Notes: generated from the letters alone by a model not told the origin. Numbered from the stretch's first letter, positions 10,714-24,719 are shown. The stretch is DNA of 64,000 nt from Vicugna vicugna (GCA_013265495.1 MU058059.1:2705502-2769501); one strand, 5' to 3'. Program-made: numbers and translations.

Positions 10714-13136
10714 ACAATTTTTGCTATATTTATGCTATTATCTTTTATTGTTGAAATAATATTTTCATATCTAAGCTAGAGAAGTCCTAAGGAGGGTAGA
10801 ACTACAGACCACAGAATGCACTTTTTTAAAACAGTGGTTCCACTAGTGTCTTTGCAAGGTCGGACCTGAGGGGAGGTTGAACTTAACAAGCTGCGCTCAT
10901 CGGTTCACCAGAGAATAGCAAGCACGTGGGGTGCACCTGACACTCCCGGGGCTGGGGACACAGAGGAGGCGCCGGCTGCAGGAGAGAACAGCCAAGGGGT
11001 GGCTTAAGCATGCCTGGTGAAACCCCAAAAGAGAGATCTTAATCGGCAGTGCTTTGAAGCCCTGGGGTGCAAATCTGGGCAAAGATGACTCTTTCCTCAA
11101 AGGAAGAGTTGAAGTTGGCCAGGAGGAGGCGAGAAAGTGGGATTCCAGGCCGACAGGAAAGCAGGAGGTGGCGGGCAGTCAGGGCTCCATCATGAAGGGC
11201 CCCGTGTGGGCCACTGAGAAGCTCGGACATCACCCTGGCTGCCGCGGGAAGAGGAGGGGGACTCGAGTAACGTGAGTCTCGCTCCTGTACTTGGCTCAAG
11301 ATCTGTTAATACAAACAGCTCGGTTTTTTAACGCCACTATATGAGGCATACAGGAACTGTTTGAAAGATAACAGTCAACACCCAGAAAGTAAAGGGAGAA
11401 GGAGAGTGTATTTACTGAAAAAGTGTAACATGAACCACATCGCTGTGTCCCCATTCAAAGAGTGCGGTGCGATGCTTGGCCTTGAGACTTGTTGAAGCCA
11501 TGAATTACTTCCTTCCTGAGGCGTCCCGAGGGGTAAAATGGCAGGAGCGCCTCCGGTTGCCCTCCTGGCTCAGTGTAATCGCCCAGTCAGCCTTTCTGGT
11601 TTTCTTCAATCCACGGACATCAGGAGACACCAGCCACTTAGATGATAAACTCTTTTTGAAATAGGGACTCTCTCTCTGTTGACACCGTTTCAACTAGTGC
11701 GTCTTGATCTTTCCCCAGACAGAAATGTCCAAACACTGACCGACACCCTGGAAGAAAGGGTCCGTCTAGACAAGAGGGAAAACATGGTGGGGGATGAGGC
11801 AGAGCAGTACAAAGTGCTGAGTTTTTTATCCGATTTTGTTCTAACGAGATCGTCATGTGGCATCTCTCACCAGGGAAATGCAATAATTTGATTCAAAGGA
11901 ACCTCAGACATGAATCACAACAGAACAAGTAAACCAGGCTGAAATGAACAGAAAATGACACGTTGTCAGCAGAGACTAGGTCGGGGATCTCAGGAGAAAC
12001 ACCCAGTGGGAAGGGCGAGTTTGTGTCGCTGGTGCAAAAGAGGAGCTGGTCCTTTCTCCCCAAAGGCACAGCACGGTCTCTGCTGAGCCCTTGGGGAAGA
12101 CCGTGGTTTCACCGGAAATGTAGGAAGAGGCTGCACTCCAGGGAGCAGCGGACGCTGAGCCGTCCTGCCCTGCAGACCCCAGGCCCCTGTCACCGGAGTG
12201 AACAGGGAGACTCCGGACTCTCCGTCTGCCCGGAACTGCGGCCTCACCCTCCACGGGGCAGGGCAGAGCCGGAAGTTGCTCCCTGCTGCCTTAGGTCCTG
12301 GGATATGGGAGGGGGTCCCCCCCTCAGTGGGGACCCCGCAGCGTTAGAATTCCTGCCCCTCTGTTACCCCCAAAAGCCCTTCTTGGGTCCTTGATTTTTG
12401 AACTGAACCTGTCTTCCAGGGTCTAAGCAGGGAAAAAAAAAAAGCATTAACCTTAAGTAGGAAAGTAGTCCTGTAATTCTAAAAGAATCCATGTTGCTAT
12501 CATTGTAAAATGAAGATAAAGGTAAAAGTGCCCACATCAGGCCTCCTGAAAAATCACGGCTGGCACTGGTTCCTTAGCTAGTCATCAGTATCCCTCCGGG
12601 GCCCAAAAATGTACCAGTTACTAGAGCTGAGACGCATGAACCTGAGTCACTCTTGCAGCCACTCTGCAGAAAGTATGTGCACGTGTACGTCTGTGTCCAA
12701 ATATATTTAAAAAGCACTATCCTGCCTGCTTTTCTCCTGTTATTTCTCCAGGGGCCAAACACTGAGGATGAATTTTATAATTGAACGTGGGGATTGTTTT
12801 TTTGCTCAGTGTCAACTGGCGCGTCAGAGACATTATGCCAAAACCTTCAGGCTTAAGTACAACTTCTGCCTTTTCCCAAGGAACCTGGATTTTTTTTTTT
12901 TTTTGAGCATGTCTAGCATCTTGTAGCTAGCTCCTTGGAGATATTTTTAACATGTATGGATTGTATGTTCCCCCCCTCCTCCTTCCCCCTGTTTTCTAAG
13001 TAAAACTAATGATTCTGTTCCATGGAAGCACAATGCTGTGTTTGATGCTGGACAGAGTCGTGACAAGCTCGGAAGGAACTGTCGTTAAAACATCTCACTT
13101 GACCTCCAAGATCCAGTTTTATTTAAAATGTTCTTC

Positions 13137-13180
13137 AAAAATAAAATAAGATAAGATAAAATAAAATAAAATGTAAAATG
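13137..13180. repeat. (TAAAA/TAAGA)n simple repeat
   Basis: aaaaataaaataagataagataaaataaaataaaatgtaaaatg. Confidence 0.8.
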
Positions 13181-14679
13181 ATATTCTTGTCTCCCACCTC
13201 AGGGAAGCCAGGGAAAACTTAAAGAAGAAAACCACTCCCTGAAAACCGCCTCCTCCCTGCAGAGGCTGAAGGCTGTTTCCTGCTGAGATGCCCTTAGGCA
13301 GGGAGGGCCCCGGGAAGACAGGCGGGATCCTCGGGCGGGCAGCAGCCCCGGGAAGGAGGGCGCCCTGGTGGTGCTGTTTCTCCCCGTAGGAGGCTACTGA
13401 GCAGAGAGAGAACTGCAGCCTCTTCTAGACAAGTTCTAAGAACCCTTTGTGGGGTTCTGGACACAGAGGCCGGGGCAGGTGGGATGAGAGATGCTTCGTG
13501 TTAAGTACCTGGCAGAAGCATTGCCAGCAGAGCTGGTCCCTGCTGCTGTGTGTAGGCCACGGCGGGCCACGGCGGGGGCCTCCTCCCACTCACCTCCGGC
13601 CCCCACTCTTCAAATGTGCTTCCAGTCCCCGCTTCACACGCCGGGGCACCAGCTGCGTCAGTCAGCCGCCACAATCAGTTGCAGGTTATTTTCTGTCCCA
13701 CAGGACACAAAACAAACAAAACAAAACCATCGAAAGCCAAGGTTGGGCGTTGGGGGAGCCTTGGCGGGCACGGCACATACATTAGGAATCACAACAGCTG
13801 CGCCGCCAGTGGCTGCAGCAGCCAAGTGAGCTTTGTCGTGTTTCTATCCTTTGATTGTTATGGTTATGTTGAGCTGGTTCCCTAAGAAAATGGCAGAAAC
13901 TTCTGTCTGGAATTTTGAGGCTGCTTCAAGCTGTTTGGGCCAAGCAGGTGTGTGTGTTTATGAATACTTTCTCTGTAGATCAGAATTTCTGTGTATTTTC
14001 AAATAGCACCACAGAGAGGGTTGATGTTACTATGAGTACTTGGTAGATTTTTTTCTCCAAACTACGAATATAAAAGCGTTTGTTTTCTTTGTCACACGAT
14101 CCATTTTGTCACGCTTGCTTCCAGGACCTCTGATGTGTTAGCTGAACTTTTAATCCAGTTCCCTTTTGCCCACACCCCTGATAAGATCATGTACTCAGAA
14201 AGCTTCAGCAAATTTAGTTTAAAATGGTTATTTCTTACGACCCTCCGTCCTCCCTCTGAGGATAGCTCGTGGTGGCAGACGCATTCCAGTTTGAAGCACT
14301 TTGAGTCAACTGTCTGGTTTCCCTTTTGAAGCTACTTAGTAGAACTTTCTTGATCTCCCCTGGGAGGAGCGAAGCGCTTTTTCTACTTGTTAACATGCTT
14401 TTAGTGTCAGATGCCATTAGTCACCGGCCCGGCCCAGAGGGGACCGTAAGGGCCGCTGTGTCCCAGCACCTGCCGACCTCATGTGCATCTGGTACCAGTT
14501 GGATGCTGTCACCTCCCACTGATGTGGTCCAGCTGCCCTGGGCACAGTCACATGGCCCTCCCTCTCCCTCACCTCCGCCCCAGCAGCTCACAAGTCCCAC
14601 CACCCTCCCCTCCCACCATTTCCACCCCGTCCCTGCCTCTCTGAGCCCACTGGCTGGCCCTCCTGTCTTGCCTACACCC

Positions 14680-15120
14680 TAGGGATGGCCCCCCACCTTA
14701 TCTCTTGACAGCTGGTCTCCTTTTCAAATCCATCCTCCACTCTGTAGCCAGTTTTCTTTGTGAAAGATACACGCATCACATCTGATTTCTTGCAAAAACT
14801 GGAAACTCCTTAGCAGAACATACTCAGCCCTCCGTGCCGCGACGTCAGCCTGTGTTCCAGGCTTTCCCTTTAACTGCAGCTGCTCTCCACCACGTGCTGC
14901 AGGGTCCAGTGCCTCTGAATTAGTCGCCGTCGCTCACCCCCTAAGCACCTTGCTGCCTCTGGGCCACCCTTCACATCCGGTTTCTGCCTGGAGGAACTTC
15001 TGGCCTCTTAGTCAGCTGCCGGATCCCTCCAGACCCCACTCACAGGCTACCTCCTCTGAAGTCTTCCCCAGTCTCCCAGTCAGAAACACCAGTCCACCCG
15101 TGGTCTCATAGCTTGGCGTT
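14680..15120 (+). mobile_element. Degraded L2 LINE fragment
   Basis: Pyrimidine-rich, with L2-like tracts (aaatccatcctccactctgtagccag, acctcctctgaagtcttcccc). Confidence 0.5.
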
Positions 15121-15859
15121 TGAATGACATGGTAGGTGATATATTAATTGATAATGCAGTGGGCAATATGTTAACTGATAATGTTGTAAACTATATGTTA
15201 GGTTGTTCAATAGATAGTTGAGATATACTGCTAAATATAAGTTACTTTACATTTGTTGAATTGATTTTTGTGTATTTCAACACTTATACCCCTGGAAGGG
15301 AGATGAAATTAAAGATGAATAGACCTATTTAAAAATACTTGTTCAGAACGGTACAGATTATCACGTAGGATCGAGTGGGTTGGGGGCACCCAGCCAGGAA
15401 AAACTGTGCTGACCAACCTGAACCTTACAATCCTGATCACTTACAAACGGGAAAAATGGCGTGGCTTCATCTGATCACTTTACTTGCGGAATGCCAACCA
15501 TGTGTTTAAAATTTTAGCGTCAGTATTTTTATCCCATGTTTGCTTTCATTTCTTTTTTAATCCCTTAATAGAAAACACGTAGAATCACCTAGAGATGTCA
15601 GTGCACTTCATAACAAGAGAGAAACTATATGTCATCAAACAGATTCAAAGCTCTTGAAAGGAATCTGTGTCATCAAAGATGTATGTTAGCAGGGAGCAAG
15701 GTTTGAGGGGTGGGCTTTTCTCAGAATCTTGCTTGGCTCCTAGAATCTTGGTGATGATGTTGGTGGTCCCTACCTTGGTCTAATTCCTAATTGCTAGCCC
15801 TCTGCAAAGATAGCACACAGATAAATAGATTGAGGGAGATACAGAGATTTCTAACCACA

Positions 15860-16000
15860 GTGTTATCACATTAGAATCATACCCATTTTACAGATGAGGG
15901 AATGGCTCAAATCTAAGTAACTTGCTGAAGGTCATCCCACTTTGGAGTGGTAGGACTTATTTCAGAATCTGTTGACTCCAAAGTCCATGTTCTTTCTTTT
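15860..16000 (-). mobile_element. MIR SINE, interrupted at its end by an L1 fragment
   Basis: cccattttacagatgagg...aagtaacttgctgaaggtca...gactccaaagtccatgttcttt. Confidence 0.7.
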
Positions 16001-16001
16001 T

Positions 16002-16258
16002 TAAAAAAATATTTTTATTGAAGTGTAGTTGATTTACAATGTTAGTTTCAGTTATATAGCAGCAAAGTTGATTCAGTTTTTTTTCTTTTCGGATTCTTCT
16101 CCATTATAGTGTATTATAAGAAATTGACTGCAGTTCCTTGTGCTATACCACAGGTCCTCATTGTTTATTTAATATGTAATAACGTGTGTCTGTTAATCCC
16201 CAACTCCTAATTTATCCCTCCCTGCCCCTTCCCCTTTGGTAACCATAGTTGGTTTTCT
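16002..16258 (-). mobile_element. 5'-truncated L1 3'-end fragment, antisense
   Basis: Same family as 300-540 and 26750-27150. Flanked by similar tgttctttc / tgctctttc, a probable target-site duplication (TSD). Confidence 0.8.
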
Positions 16259-17188
16259 GTGCTCTTTCCACGACACCAAGTGACGTCCGCCTGCAACACC
16301 ACCAGAAATACAGACATACAGAAGTTAACCTTGTGTTTTACTGATTTGACTTGTGGTTTCATGGCAGGAGTGTGATTTTCCTCCATGCAGTTTTATTTGC
16401 TTTGAAGTGTTCGGTCCTTTGGCAGAAGACCCATCCAACCCGGGCGGCCCTGCTGACGGGGCCAACTCTGGCTCGTTTCAGTATTTTAGCAGCAGCAGAT
16501 GCTGCCGGTTAACCTCGCTAAGTGTCCCAACTCCGCGAGGAGGCCACTCTTACATGCTCTAGTTTTTCATTGTCAAGAACTGCAGGAAGATGATTCTGCA
16601 GGTATCTACTGGCCAGCCTGGTTCGTGGGAAACCCACCAGGACCAGTTAAGCTAAAATCAAGCTGCCGCTCTTGAGAGTCACAGATCCCACCAGCTGCCT
16701 CTCTCCCTGCATTGTTGCATCACTGCTGACCAGCCCAGTAGAGGGAGGGAGAAAATGAAGCATAGATGTGAATTGTGTGTGAAAGCACAAGGTTTCCTCA
16801 GAGATCTTCTCCAGAAGAGGGTGAATCTTTCTTCAGTGAGATGATACAACAGAGCAGTGACAGGCTTGCGAACTGAATCTCTGACCTCTGGGCAGAACCA
16901 AGATAACACCTTTAAGCTTTGACTAAATGATGCAGAAAAATCGCCGGTTGAAAAGGAGATTATTTTTTCCCCAAAGAATAGTGCTAGGAAGTAGAAAGGA
17001 CTGTGGACTGCCAGTCAGCAGACTTGGGTCCAAGGGTTTGACCAGTCACATCATTGAAGAGTCTCGCTGAGACCCTAACCCTGGACCCTTGAATGAGTCA
17101 CTTACCTTCCCTGAAGCAACTGAATCAGTTGTGAAGACAGGTGCCTCCTAGACGCCTCTGATTTTATAAGTCATGCTGTCACCTTGGT

Positions 17189-17320
17189 TTGGTTGATGTA
17201 TCTCCATGGATGGGACATTTTTTGGTTGACGTATCTCCACGGATGGGGTGTTTTTTTGTTGACGTATCTCCATGGATAGGATGTTTGTTGGTTGACGTAT
17301 GTCCATGGATGGGATATTCC
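17189..17320. repeat. Minisatellite, 4 x 33 bp
   Basis: Units start at 17189, 17222, 17255 and 17288; consensus ~TTGGTTGACGTATCTCCATGGATGGGATRTTTT. Confidence 0.95.
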
Positions 17321-18479
17321 CCAGTGGGAGACCCTGACCAGCTGCCTGAGAACTGCAGCCTGGTGGTCACTGGTGTGTTGAGGGCCATCACTGGGGGCCC
17401 ACAGGCAGTTCTCTGGCCCTGTCTCACCAGTTTTGAGTTTATTCAGCATTTCTGAACAAGGAGATTTCTATCCCTCTTCTTTTTTCTTCCTCTCTCTTCC
17501 CCATTTCAACCTCTTCCCAACCTCACTTCTAACCCCCACCCCACCTCCAAAACACTGGAAACTCCAAGTTGAGAGGATACAGTATGATATTAGTACAGTT
17601 TTGTATCAAGTCCTCATCATGTCTAAAAGGTGTCTATGGTCAACATGCCATTACGTCTCTAATCCCCACTGACCCGTTGTAAGGATCATGAATAATAAGG
17701 AAATATATTGATTAAATGTTTTGAATTAATTTATTGCACATTGTATATTGTATAAATTCACATTTTTACATGTATTATTCAGACCAAAATAACATTGAAT
17801 CAGAGCCCATAGTCTTTTTGACCCGTCCTGTCTCTGAAAAGGAATAGAACGTGCTGACTTTTCCAACTTCTGATGCATCTTCTGAAATACAAGACGTTTT
17901 GTGTCCATGATGGAATTCATCTATTGTTCAGTATCTTAGAAATTCTTAGAAACCGCTTCTCTCCCTGTATCTTCTGTTGTTGCCCTTTAGGGACACGTGG
18001 AAAGCCTCTCGTCTGTTTACTTCAGGGAAATTATGCAAGAGATACTGAATAATTATAATGTACTCAGTGTTCATTATAAATGCACAGCATATGTTTTTAT
18101 ATGTATTGTATTTATGTGCTTTCAGTAATTATGCATTGGAGTTTCTTGCCAATTCTATGGCCAAAATATTTTACTTGGCTGGTTACTAAGTGTATTTTAA
18201 GCTTACTTCTTGAAACATGAAGAGAATATAGTGTAAGTCCAATTAACATAATTAATCTGCCCAAAGAGAAGGCTTGCTTTTATTTTTTCTGTATTTTAAT
18301 GATGAAAAACAGTTGTAAGGATGCAGAGCAACAAAGTGTATTTTTAAAGGTTTCCACGTCCCAATTTTATTGCTGTTTTCCTTTAAAAACAGCACATAAT
18401 TTTTGAAAGAAATTTGGAAATTTTATAAACAGTGTAAAGAAAACAAAGACAATAAAAATCACCCATAAACTTACTAATT

Positions 18480-21400
18480 TCCAGCAATATTTTAATGCAT
18501 TAGAATCTTTCTGTAAGTAATTTCGTATCTTGTCCTCCCACTCCATATTACGTCACAAATGTTCCTGTGTCTTTGCCGTGAACGCTGCTGTGAATGATTC
18601 TTTGGATTTACCTCCATCATTTCCTATAGACAGATTTCAGGAGGTGGAATGATTGGCTCGAAGTGTGTAAAATGCTGAGGTTCTTCATGCATGTTGACAA
18701 CTCGCTTTCTAGAAAACCTGACCAATTCACTCTCACCATCAGCCCTTGCCGTGAGAAGGCTCAGTCTCCACACACTGGCCCTGAAACAAGCATTCGTCTT
18801 TTTGTCTGAGTCCTTGCCAGTTTGATAGGTGAAAAAAGAATATCTCATTATTGTTCCGTTTGAAACTAAACATGCCTTATATGGTCTTTATGTGTTCACT
18901 GGCCACGTGAAAATTACCTTTTGTGAACTGCCCATAGACTTTGCCTCTTTTTTTCACTAGGGTGCTAACATCTCCTACTGACTTGTATGATCTCTTCTTC
19001 TGTGCTTGCCTGATTCCTCTTCGGAAATGCACTGGCCACCCTTGAGCTTTGTGCTTCCATCATTTTAGAATCACCTTGTCCTTGAAAAACGTGGACGTTT
19101 TATGCAATCATTTTTTTTTTCATGAAAAACTCTGTATAATTTTGGGTTTGGGAGGGGCTGGGGCAGTAATTAAGTTTATTTACTTTTTTATCGGAGGTAC
19201 TTGGGACTGAACCCAGGACCTCGTGCATGCTAAGCACATGCTCTACACACTGAGCTACACCCTCTAGCTCTCTGTAATTTTGGTTGTGATTGCATGGGAT
19301 CCATTTTAAAAGTTTGGGAGAATTGACTTCTTGGAAGTACTGGATCTTCACGTCTTAATATGGTTTATGCCTCTATTTATTTGGATCTTTTCTGTTTTTC
19401 AGCAGACTTTCAGGATGTTCTCCATGAAATCTTGTATATCTTCTAGTTATGGGTACTTTTTGTTATGGTAATAGTATCTTCTAAAGTTACATTTTCTTTT
19501 TATTGCAAGAATATAGAGTGTATGTATAAACATAGGGAGGTATGGATGTATCAGTATATGTGCGCGTATATACGTACACACACACACACTTTGTATATTG
19601 CTCTTTTGTCCAGAAACATTTGTCTGCTGCCTTTATTTCCATCATTTGTCTATAGATTATTCTGGACTTTTCCACGGAGAAATCATGTCAACTCTCATTA
19701 GTGATAGTTTTGTTTCTCATTAATCCTAATACATTTTATTTATTTTTTCTTGCTTATAAAGCTGACTATAGAGCCTCCAGTACAAAACTGACTAAAACTT
19801 TGTTTGGCAAGCATCATTGTCTAGGCCTGATTTTCAGGGAAAAGGCTTTTAATGATGAACAGTTTGTTACAATTAGTGTAAGGATATTCCCTTTTATTTC
19901 TGCTTTACTAGTTTTATTTACCATGCATAAATATGGAATTTGATAAAACATCTTTTCAGCACTTATTGCTATACAAAATAATTTATTTCTATGTTAGTGT
20001 GGTGGGTTAATTAATAGAATTAATACTCCAGTATCAAACCAGCCCTTCATTCCTGGGATAAGTGTAAATTGCTCATGATATGCACTAAACATTGCTGAAG
20101 ACTGTTCACTAATGGCTAGTGTCCACGAGTGTCTAGTCTCTTAATGATCCTCTTATATTTCCATTGTCTCATTTTAGAATGAAAAAGATTTCTGCTTTTT
20201 AAAATGAATTAGATAGCATTCTGTATTTTTTCTAGTCTTTTAAAAGAGTTCACATGAGATTGAAATTATCTTTAGAACTCACCTACAAAACCAGCTAGGC
20301 CTGGCATTTTCCTAGGGGTAAAAATTTTAATTACTAATGTTTTCAATAGTTATAAGACTATTCTGGATTTCTAGTTTTTCTTGAGTTAATTTTATAGTGA
20401 ATATTTCATAAAATTTATGCATTTTGCTATTTTTTTTTACTCGGGGATATACATTTGTTAATATTTTCTTATTATTGTGTAAGCTTGTCTGTACTCGTGT
20501 TTCTTTTTTCCAACATCATTAATAGTGTTTATTTGCGCCTTCTCTGTCTCTTCTTTCTTGACTGGTCTCGCCAGCATTTTGCTGATTTTATTAGTGGTGT
20601 CGAAGAGATAACTTTTCACCTTGTTGCTCTTTCATTTTGCATTTTTTTTAAATTTCTGCTGTCCCAGATCCTTATAAATTTCCTTCTACCTTCTTTGAGT
20701 TTATTCTGTTCTTATTCTTAAACAAGGTGCTAAACACGTAAGTTTCCAGTCTTTCTTTTTTCCAATATAAGCATTTAGTTAAAAGTATTAATTTTCCCTC
20801 AAGTAACAGTTGAGGACTGTCATCGTTGAGTATTAAGTATTTTTAAATTTTCATTACAATTACTCCTTTGACCCATGCATTGTTTAGAGCATGTGAGTGC
20901 AAGCGTGTGTGTGTTCTGTTTCTCATGCATGAGAAAATTTTTGGTTGGCTTATTAATGATTTCTAATTTAAATGTATTATGACCAGAGAAAATTCACTGG
21001 CATTTGTCTTTAGAGCCTGACACATGGTCAGTTTTCTTAAATATTTTATGTATTATTAACAACAGTTTTGAGTGCCAAGATATGTTCTTTATATGTTCTC
21101 TCTATATATTCTTTAGATCAGCTTTTTAAAAAAAAAAACTTGCAGTTCAAATTTTCTGAGTACTTACTAGCTTTTTGTCTGTTTAATCTGTTATTGAAAG
21201 AGATAGGTTAAAAGAACTCACACATTTTGAATCTAAGTTATTAGGTAAATGTAAGTTTAGAATTGTCTCTTCCAAGAGAATGGAACATTTCATCATTAGA
21301 CAGTCATATCATTGTCGTTAATTTATTTTGTTTAATTTCAGTATAACTATGCCAGTTTTTTCTCATTAATATTTTCCTGGATAGATTTTCAGTCTATTTT

Positions 21401-21540
21401 AATTGTGTCTCTTGTAAATAGCATATGGCTGGACTTCATTATTTCAGCTTTTACCTTTAAACTCTGCTAATTTACCTCTGAGTACATTTTTAATTTGTCG
21501 TGATTACTGATACATTTGGATTGAATTAAATTAATTGCTT
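18480..21540 (-). mobile_element. Ancient, highly degraded L1 (L1M-type), antisense, with a nested SINE
   Basis: Long T-rich tract with L1-like remnants (aacgctgctgtgaa, ggaatgattggctcg, ttgccagtttgataggtgaaaaa, cattcctgggataag, aatgtattatgaccagagaa). No intact ORF. Confidence 0.65.
19140..19264 (-). mobile_element. tRNA-derived SINE (Vic-1-like) nested in the old L1
   Basis: Reverse strand reads gagggtgtagctcagtgtgtagagcatgtgcttagcatgcacgaggtcctgggttcagtcccaagtacctcc, with A and B boxes present. Confidence 0.85.
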
Positions 21541-24500
21541 GACCTCCTCCTCTGAGATCTCTTTCTTCCTCGAGACTCCCTGAGCGCAAAGACCCCCTGG
21601 GATTTGTAGCGTCTGTAAGATAGTATGTCTCTGACTTGCTCATTGATGGATTCAGCAGGTGTTTACCGAGTGCCCTCAAACCCTAGGATTAAAAAGATGA
21701 ATAAATCTTGGTTTCTATCCTTAAGGCCATCCCCGTTTGTTTTCTCCTCCAGGAGTAACTAGGCACCTGCCAAAGACTGCATTATCTGTCTTAGGTCCTC
21801 AAACCATGTTTTTACCTGGTCGTCTCGTGGTGCCAGTGGTTGCGGGGTTGTCACCAGGATGACAGTGCCTCCCGTGCAGTGGGGCTTCCGCTCCCCTTTG
21901 CGGCTGGTCACTGATGGGAGAGGCCACCCTTGGCCACCATCTTCCCGTTACCGGAGATGCTTTCTGCTGTGGCCACTGTGCCTCTCCTCTGACTGAAGAC
22001 CCGTACCTCTGTCTTCGCCCCCATGTCTGCCCCTCGCCTTTCCGCGAAGGACGCGCTCGTGAGAGGGACTGAGCAGCCCTGTCTGTCTCCCTTCATCGCG
22101 TGTCCCTCTCTGGCCTCGACCCTCGCCATGAGCGCTTGCGAGCCCGACGTTCCCCTGAACCGCAGTGTCTCTGAACAGCGGGATTATATGTTCCCCTCCC
22201 CCTGCTCTGCTCCCTCTTCCCTCCTGTTTCCCCGCTTGTCACTCACCCCCCCCACCCCTCGCGTCACTGCCGCAGCCAGGCCCACACATCGCCCTTCGCG
22301 GCTCTGTCCCGCCCCTCCCTGCCACTGCGGAGCCCTTTACATACGATTGTCCCGTGCAGAATCCTCTAAGTTGTCAGAGGTTGCGGGGCGTCCTCAGGTC
22401 TGGTAGTGGGTGGGTCTGTCCTAAGTTGTACAATTCAGGGCTGCCTGTGTTTGGAAACAATCCAGCCAGTACCGTGAGTGTGCTGAGCAGAGAGGAGGAG
22501 AAGTGGAGCTGGATAAACAACTGCAAACCCACGGGAAAGCACTTTGCTGCTGAAAAGCCCTGCATAGTCTGCCATTTCCCTCTGCCCTTTGGAAACTCCT
22601 CTGTGGGTGGTTCTGACTGTCGGCGGGCGGCTGACCGCCCCCACTGTGCGCGGACCGGCGTGTGCCCAGAGCATTGTGCGGCGCAGGTGGATGGCGCTGG
22701 CCGGCCTGCTGCTCCCGGCCTGGCTTGTCGGGGGGTGTCGCTCCTGGCATCCTCGGTGCTTTGCACTTGTTCAGGCCCTTGATGTCTGGTTTTCTTGTCC
22801 AGCTTTCTGTTTATAACTTGGCACAGGTCTCATTGACATTATTGACGTCTCCACCATGTTAAAGTGTGTAGGGCGGGTTGCAGAACGTGGCATTTGCTCT
22901 CCCTTGCACTAAGTAAAATGTTGAAATTTATGTGTTTGAGTTCTAGCTCCAATTACTGCATTGGTCAGGTAACTTTAATGCTTTTTTTTTGTTTTTAAAA
23001 AATGCCATCGTTTCACATCAGCATTCCCATAAAATAAGTACGTGATTCTTCATAACTGCTTTTCCAATGCTTTGCCCACGTGACTCCCCCCAAAACTGTT
23101 GAAGGAGTGGCCCTCGTGACTCTTGTGGACTGGTAATTATGTCAGATAATTTCATCAGAGCTGGAGCTATACCGGCATTGCTCTTGGAAGACCATTTTTC
23201 AGCGTGACATCCCTCTGAGCGTTTGTTAAATAATTAGACCTAGAAACACTTTCCCCACAAGGACCCTCGGAAGTCCTGTTAGACATTCAGAGCCTCCAGA
23301 AGAGAGCCCGGCCACCACTAAGTGCCCGGACACCCTGCTGGGCAGAATTAGAACGCTGAGCCAGGGAGGGCAGGAGGCACAGTTCTCTGTCCGCAGGAAA
23401 CATCCCTGCCGTGTCACTGTCAGGAACTTGCATACATAATTAATCCGAGCAGAGCTCATTGGGATTTCAATTGACATCAGACCCCATTCCAGCATCGTGC
23501 ATTGAAGGACCACTAGTGGGGTCTCCCCTTAATTTATGGGACATATGTGATTGTCCTTCAGCCCAAAGTCATTATGGAAAATATGTTTCTCCTGTGACCC
23601 ACAACCGGTGTGTTCTGTAAGAAAGTGACTGCATAAAAAATTAGTACCAGAGTTTTTAAATTGCAATTAAATGGATAATAAAAATCAAAGCATCCTCTTT
23701 CAGGTCTGTCCATTTGATTTATGAGGAGGAAAGACTTTAATGCTTCTAAGAGACTCTCTTGGGTTCAGACCTTTGCAGGAAAGCAAATGTAAGGGCAGGT
23801 AAGCAAAGGCATTATTAGCTGTTTAGGTGATATGTCTCAAGATGGAGGCCCCTGCTACTTCTGTTCAGGCCTCCTGTCATCCTCTCTCTGCGCCAACTTG
23901 GCTGGTTGCTAAATACAAGACACACCCATTTAAACAACGAGATCCCCTGGCATCCTCCTCGGGTGCTCTGCTGTGGGTGCTCCTTCTGGCATGACTCTCA
24001 ACACCTCTGATTCCCCCCTGAGAAGGGGGGTTAGGCATCTCCCTCACAGGACTGCTGTGGGAATGATTTTCTGTGTATCTGTCCATGCATGTGCACAAGT
24101 ACATAAATAGATCTTTCCGCTGTGTTCTCGAACTGGGTCGTGGCCCTCCTTTCTTGGATCACTGCCAGAGCCTTCGAACCACCATCTCCATCTGGAATCA
24201 GTTGGTAGACCACCACCAGGCTTCACTTTCCTGGGTCATGCTGAAATACTGTTCGCTCCCCTGTGCTTAGAAACCCCCTTGTCTAAAGCCCTTGGGTGGT
24301 TACAGCCTCCCCATCAGCAGGCTTCAGCCCACCTCTCCTTGAAGCCTTTTGCTCTGTGATAAAAATCTTTCACTCAGGCCAGGCCATCCCCTCATTCCCC
24401 CTCGTTTCCACACCTCTGTCTTTGTTGGAGCCCAGCTCTGTCTCCATCAAGCCCTCCCTGATTTCCTTCTCCAACACGAGGGCCCATGCTGCACGCTTTG

Positions 24501-24719
24501 CTGACTGTGACCACCGGATTGCATATTCTCCAAGTTCAAGGTCTTCTGCTCTTTGATGTGGTCTCCGCATCGTGCTTAGCACCTGGTAGGCAGAGTGGTT
24601 GACAGTTCGGGGCAAGGAACTCTTTCTAGGACTGTCTTCTGATGTGTCAACACAGACCAGAGATGCCACAGTTTAGCCACCAATTGTTATAATTTCATGG
24701 TGGTGGTAAGAGAGATGAA

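Noticed and set aside
15138..15210. Degenerate ~28-bp repeat with two TGATAA (GATA) motifs
   Set aside because: Only two to three poorly matching units in AT-rich DNA; not distinguishable from background.
17189..17320. CRISPR-like array
   Set aside because: Units are contiguous with no unique spacers, there are no cas genes and the context is mammalian; it is a minisatellite.
19195..19264. tRNA gene (also 10575, 43403, 44842)
   Set aside because: The tRNA-like heads are followed by SINE body or A-rich tail, some with TSDs, and are degenerate; these are SINEs.
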